DNA of 25,375 nucleotides, taken from the IMG/VR virus record IMGVR_UViG_3300030330_006026, positions 1 through 25,375 of that record, one strand, 5' to 3'. Position numbers and translations under genes: made by a program. This DNA is from a virus (Duplodnaviria; Caudoviricetes). The notes under the pieces were generated by a model that saw only the letters and a list, made by a program, of their open reading frames with translations, did no database searches and was not told where the DNA came from. Positions 24,312 through 25,375 of this stretch are shown here, one piece after another (the stretch's first letter is position 1; the number at the start of each line of letters is the position of its first letter).

Positions 24312-24822
24312 GTTTTACAGGCACCATGTCGGGGTTTTGTTCCCACTCAGCTTGGGCAGGGGCACCGATTTTACCAAGGAACGGGCATGGTGTACCCGCC
24401 ATTGTCATAGCATCGAACACGCGGCGGTCTTGGCAAAGCACGCTCACGGCAGCTACTTTCATACCCATATCGTACAGAGTTTTGCTAAGTTTTAGCCGTT
24501 CGCAGTTCGGGTCGCGTATTGTACTGCCTTTACTAAGGCCAAGAATCTGCGTCTGCACGGCGCTACTCGCGCCTGTTGTGCACAAATCCATATTGTTACT
24601 ATTGATGCTAGGTGAAATAGCACTGGGCGGTGGATTGATGACTATTGTTTTGGTTTCAGCATCAGTGTTCACCTTACTATCGCTAGTAGATGTAGACTCA
24701 GAGGTCGACGTATTAGTGTTGTTATTAGTCGTTGTGACAGTCGTTTGCGTATTGCCTGCCAGCGGTAGTGTGAACAGAAATATAAACGCTAGCAGCAGTA
24801 CAAGCCCTGCGCGTTTGATCAT
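24214..24822 (-). CDS. Secreted Cys-containing protein with C-terminal membrane anchor (conserved marine-phage hypothetical)
   Basis: Signal peptide, T/N/S-rich linker, 'PPPSAISP...DLC...NCERLKLSKTL...AAVSVLCQD.RVF.AM.MAGTPCP'. Confidence 0.8.
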   Translation of the reverse strand: MIKRAGLVLLLAFIFLFTLPLAGNTQTTVTTTNNNTNTSTSESTSTSDSKVNTDAETKTIVINPPPSAISPSINSNNMDLCTTGASSAVQTQILGLSKGSTIRDPNCERLKLSKTLYDMGMKVAAVSVLCQDRRVFDAMTMAGTPCPFLGKIGAPAQAEWEQNPDMVPVKRDEDADRKQQEANEKSMFGWGSLGLLGLLLLL

Positions 24823-25238
24823 TCATCCTCACCAGTAGCCATCATACCAGCCAAACGTTCCGCACGCTGGCCTACCTGTTCAGCCCAACGGGAGTCAAGC
24901 ATTTCTACACTTGCTTGCTCGTAATTACCATCAACCAGCGCAGCATGAAAGTTTTCAAACTTGTTCAGCGTGGGCCTACCCATATTGAACATCATATCTG
25001 CCAACACTCGCTGGCGCACTTCATCCAGTTCGCGCCAGCCATCCCACCAAACATCAAGTTCTGACATAACAGTGTGTATGTCGTTATCAAGCAGGTAATC
25101 AATCTCATCATCAGTCAGTCCAACATCATCAAGGTTACGCCCCACACCGATTGTAGTTTTGCCTACAGTATCAACGTAAGGCTTATGCTCCACGCCTTCG
25201 TGCAGGCGTAACTGTTCAATCAAACGCTGTTTATCCAC
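24819..25238 (-). CDS. Phage lysozyme (GH24, T4-lysozyme-like)
   Basis: Catalytic E-x8-D-x5-T in 'HEGVEHKPYVDTVGKTTIGVG'; 'MMFNMG', 'MLDSRWAEQVGQRA'. GTG start follows GGAGG. Confidence 0.92.
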   Translation of the reverse strand: MDKQRLIEQLRLHEGVEHKPYVDTVGKTTIGVGRNLDDVGLTDDEIDYLLDNDIHTVMSELDVWWDGWRELDEVRQRVLADMMFNMGRPTLNKFENFHAALVDGNYEQASVEMLDSRWAEQVGQRAERLAGMMATGEDE

Positions 25239-25374
25239 GTGTGCCTCCAAACAAGTCCAAGCCGACTTGTTGTAGTTGTTGCACGGTTTCTGGTGCCGGC
25301 AGTGCAGCGATGCCGCGACCACCTGTGGCTGGGACCGCTGGTATGCCTAGCCCTGCCACCGGCGACGGTGTGGC
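25231..25374 (-). CDS. 3' end of an upstream gene, truncated by the window (P/A/G-rich; possibly an internal virion protein)
   Basis: Open frame ATPSPVAGLGIPAVPATGGRGIAALPAPETVQQLQQVGLDLFGGTRG* whose stop overlaps the lysozyme start. Confidence 0.55.
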   Translation of the reverse strand, partial: ATPSPVAGLGIPAVPATGGRGIAALPAPETVQQLQQVGLDLFGGTRG

Positions 25375-25375
25375 T

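Noticed and set aside
1170-24838. Numerous plus-strand ORFs in the track, e.g. 6416-6979 and 24203-24838
   Set aside because: They are antisense shadows of well-supported minus-strand genes, with no motifs or RBS.

Overview
A 25.4-kb segment of a dsDNA tailed bacteriophage, probably aquatic or marine. All credible genes lie on the minus strand. Read in transcription order (right to left) the window holds: (1) the end of a probable virion gene, a GH24 lysozyme and a three-gene secreted/membrane cassette; (2) a replication module with SNF2 helicase, putative SSB-like protein, AEP primase, UvrD-like helicase, DUF932 and a family A DNA polymerase carrying Leu762; (3) a DNA-base hypermodification operon; (4) a DenV-like glycosylase, a terminase small subunit, and early-type genes including three divergent tandem paralogs, each with a palindromic promoter; (5) a VRR-NUC-like nuclease and short tandem repeats. 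The main finding is the operon at 9233-13247. It encodes a 5hmU-DNA-kinase (aGPT-Pplase1) homolog, a T4 beta-glucosyltransferase-like protein, a dUMP hydroxymethylase, an FkbM methyltransferase and a Nmad1/MazG-like NTP pyrophosphatase, with no amino-acid:DNA transferase in the window. This points to a possibly undescribed glycosylated, perhaps phosphorylated and methylated, hydroxymethyluracil. The replication/early block is also bracketed by two homologous, inverted, iteron-containing non-coding elements (628-872 and 21558-21740). All family calls come from motif recognition by eye; no searches were run.
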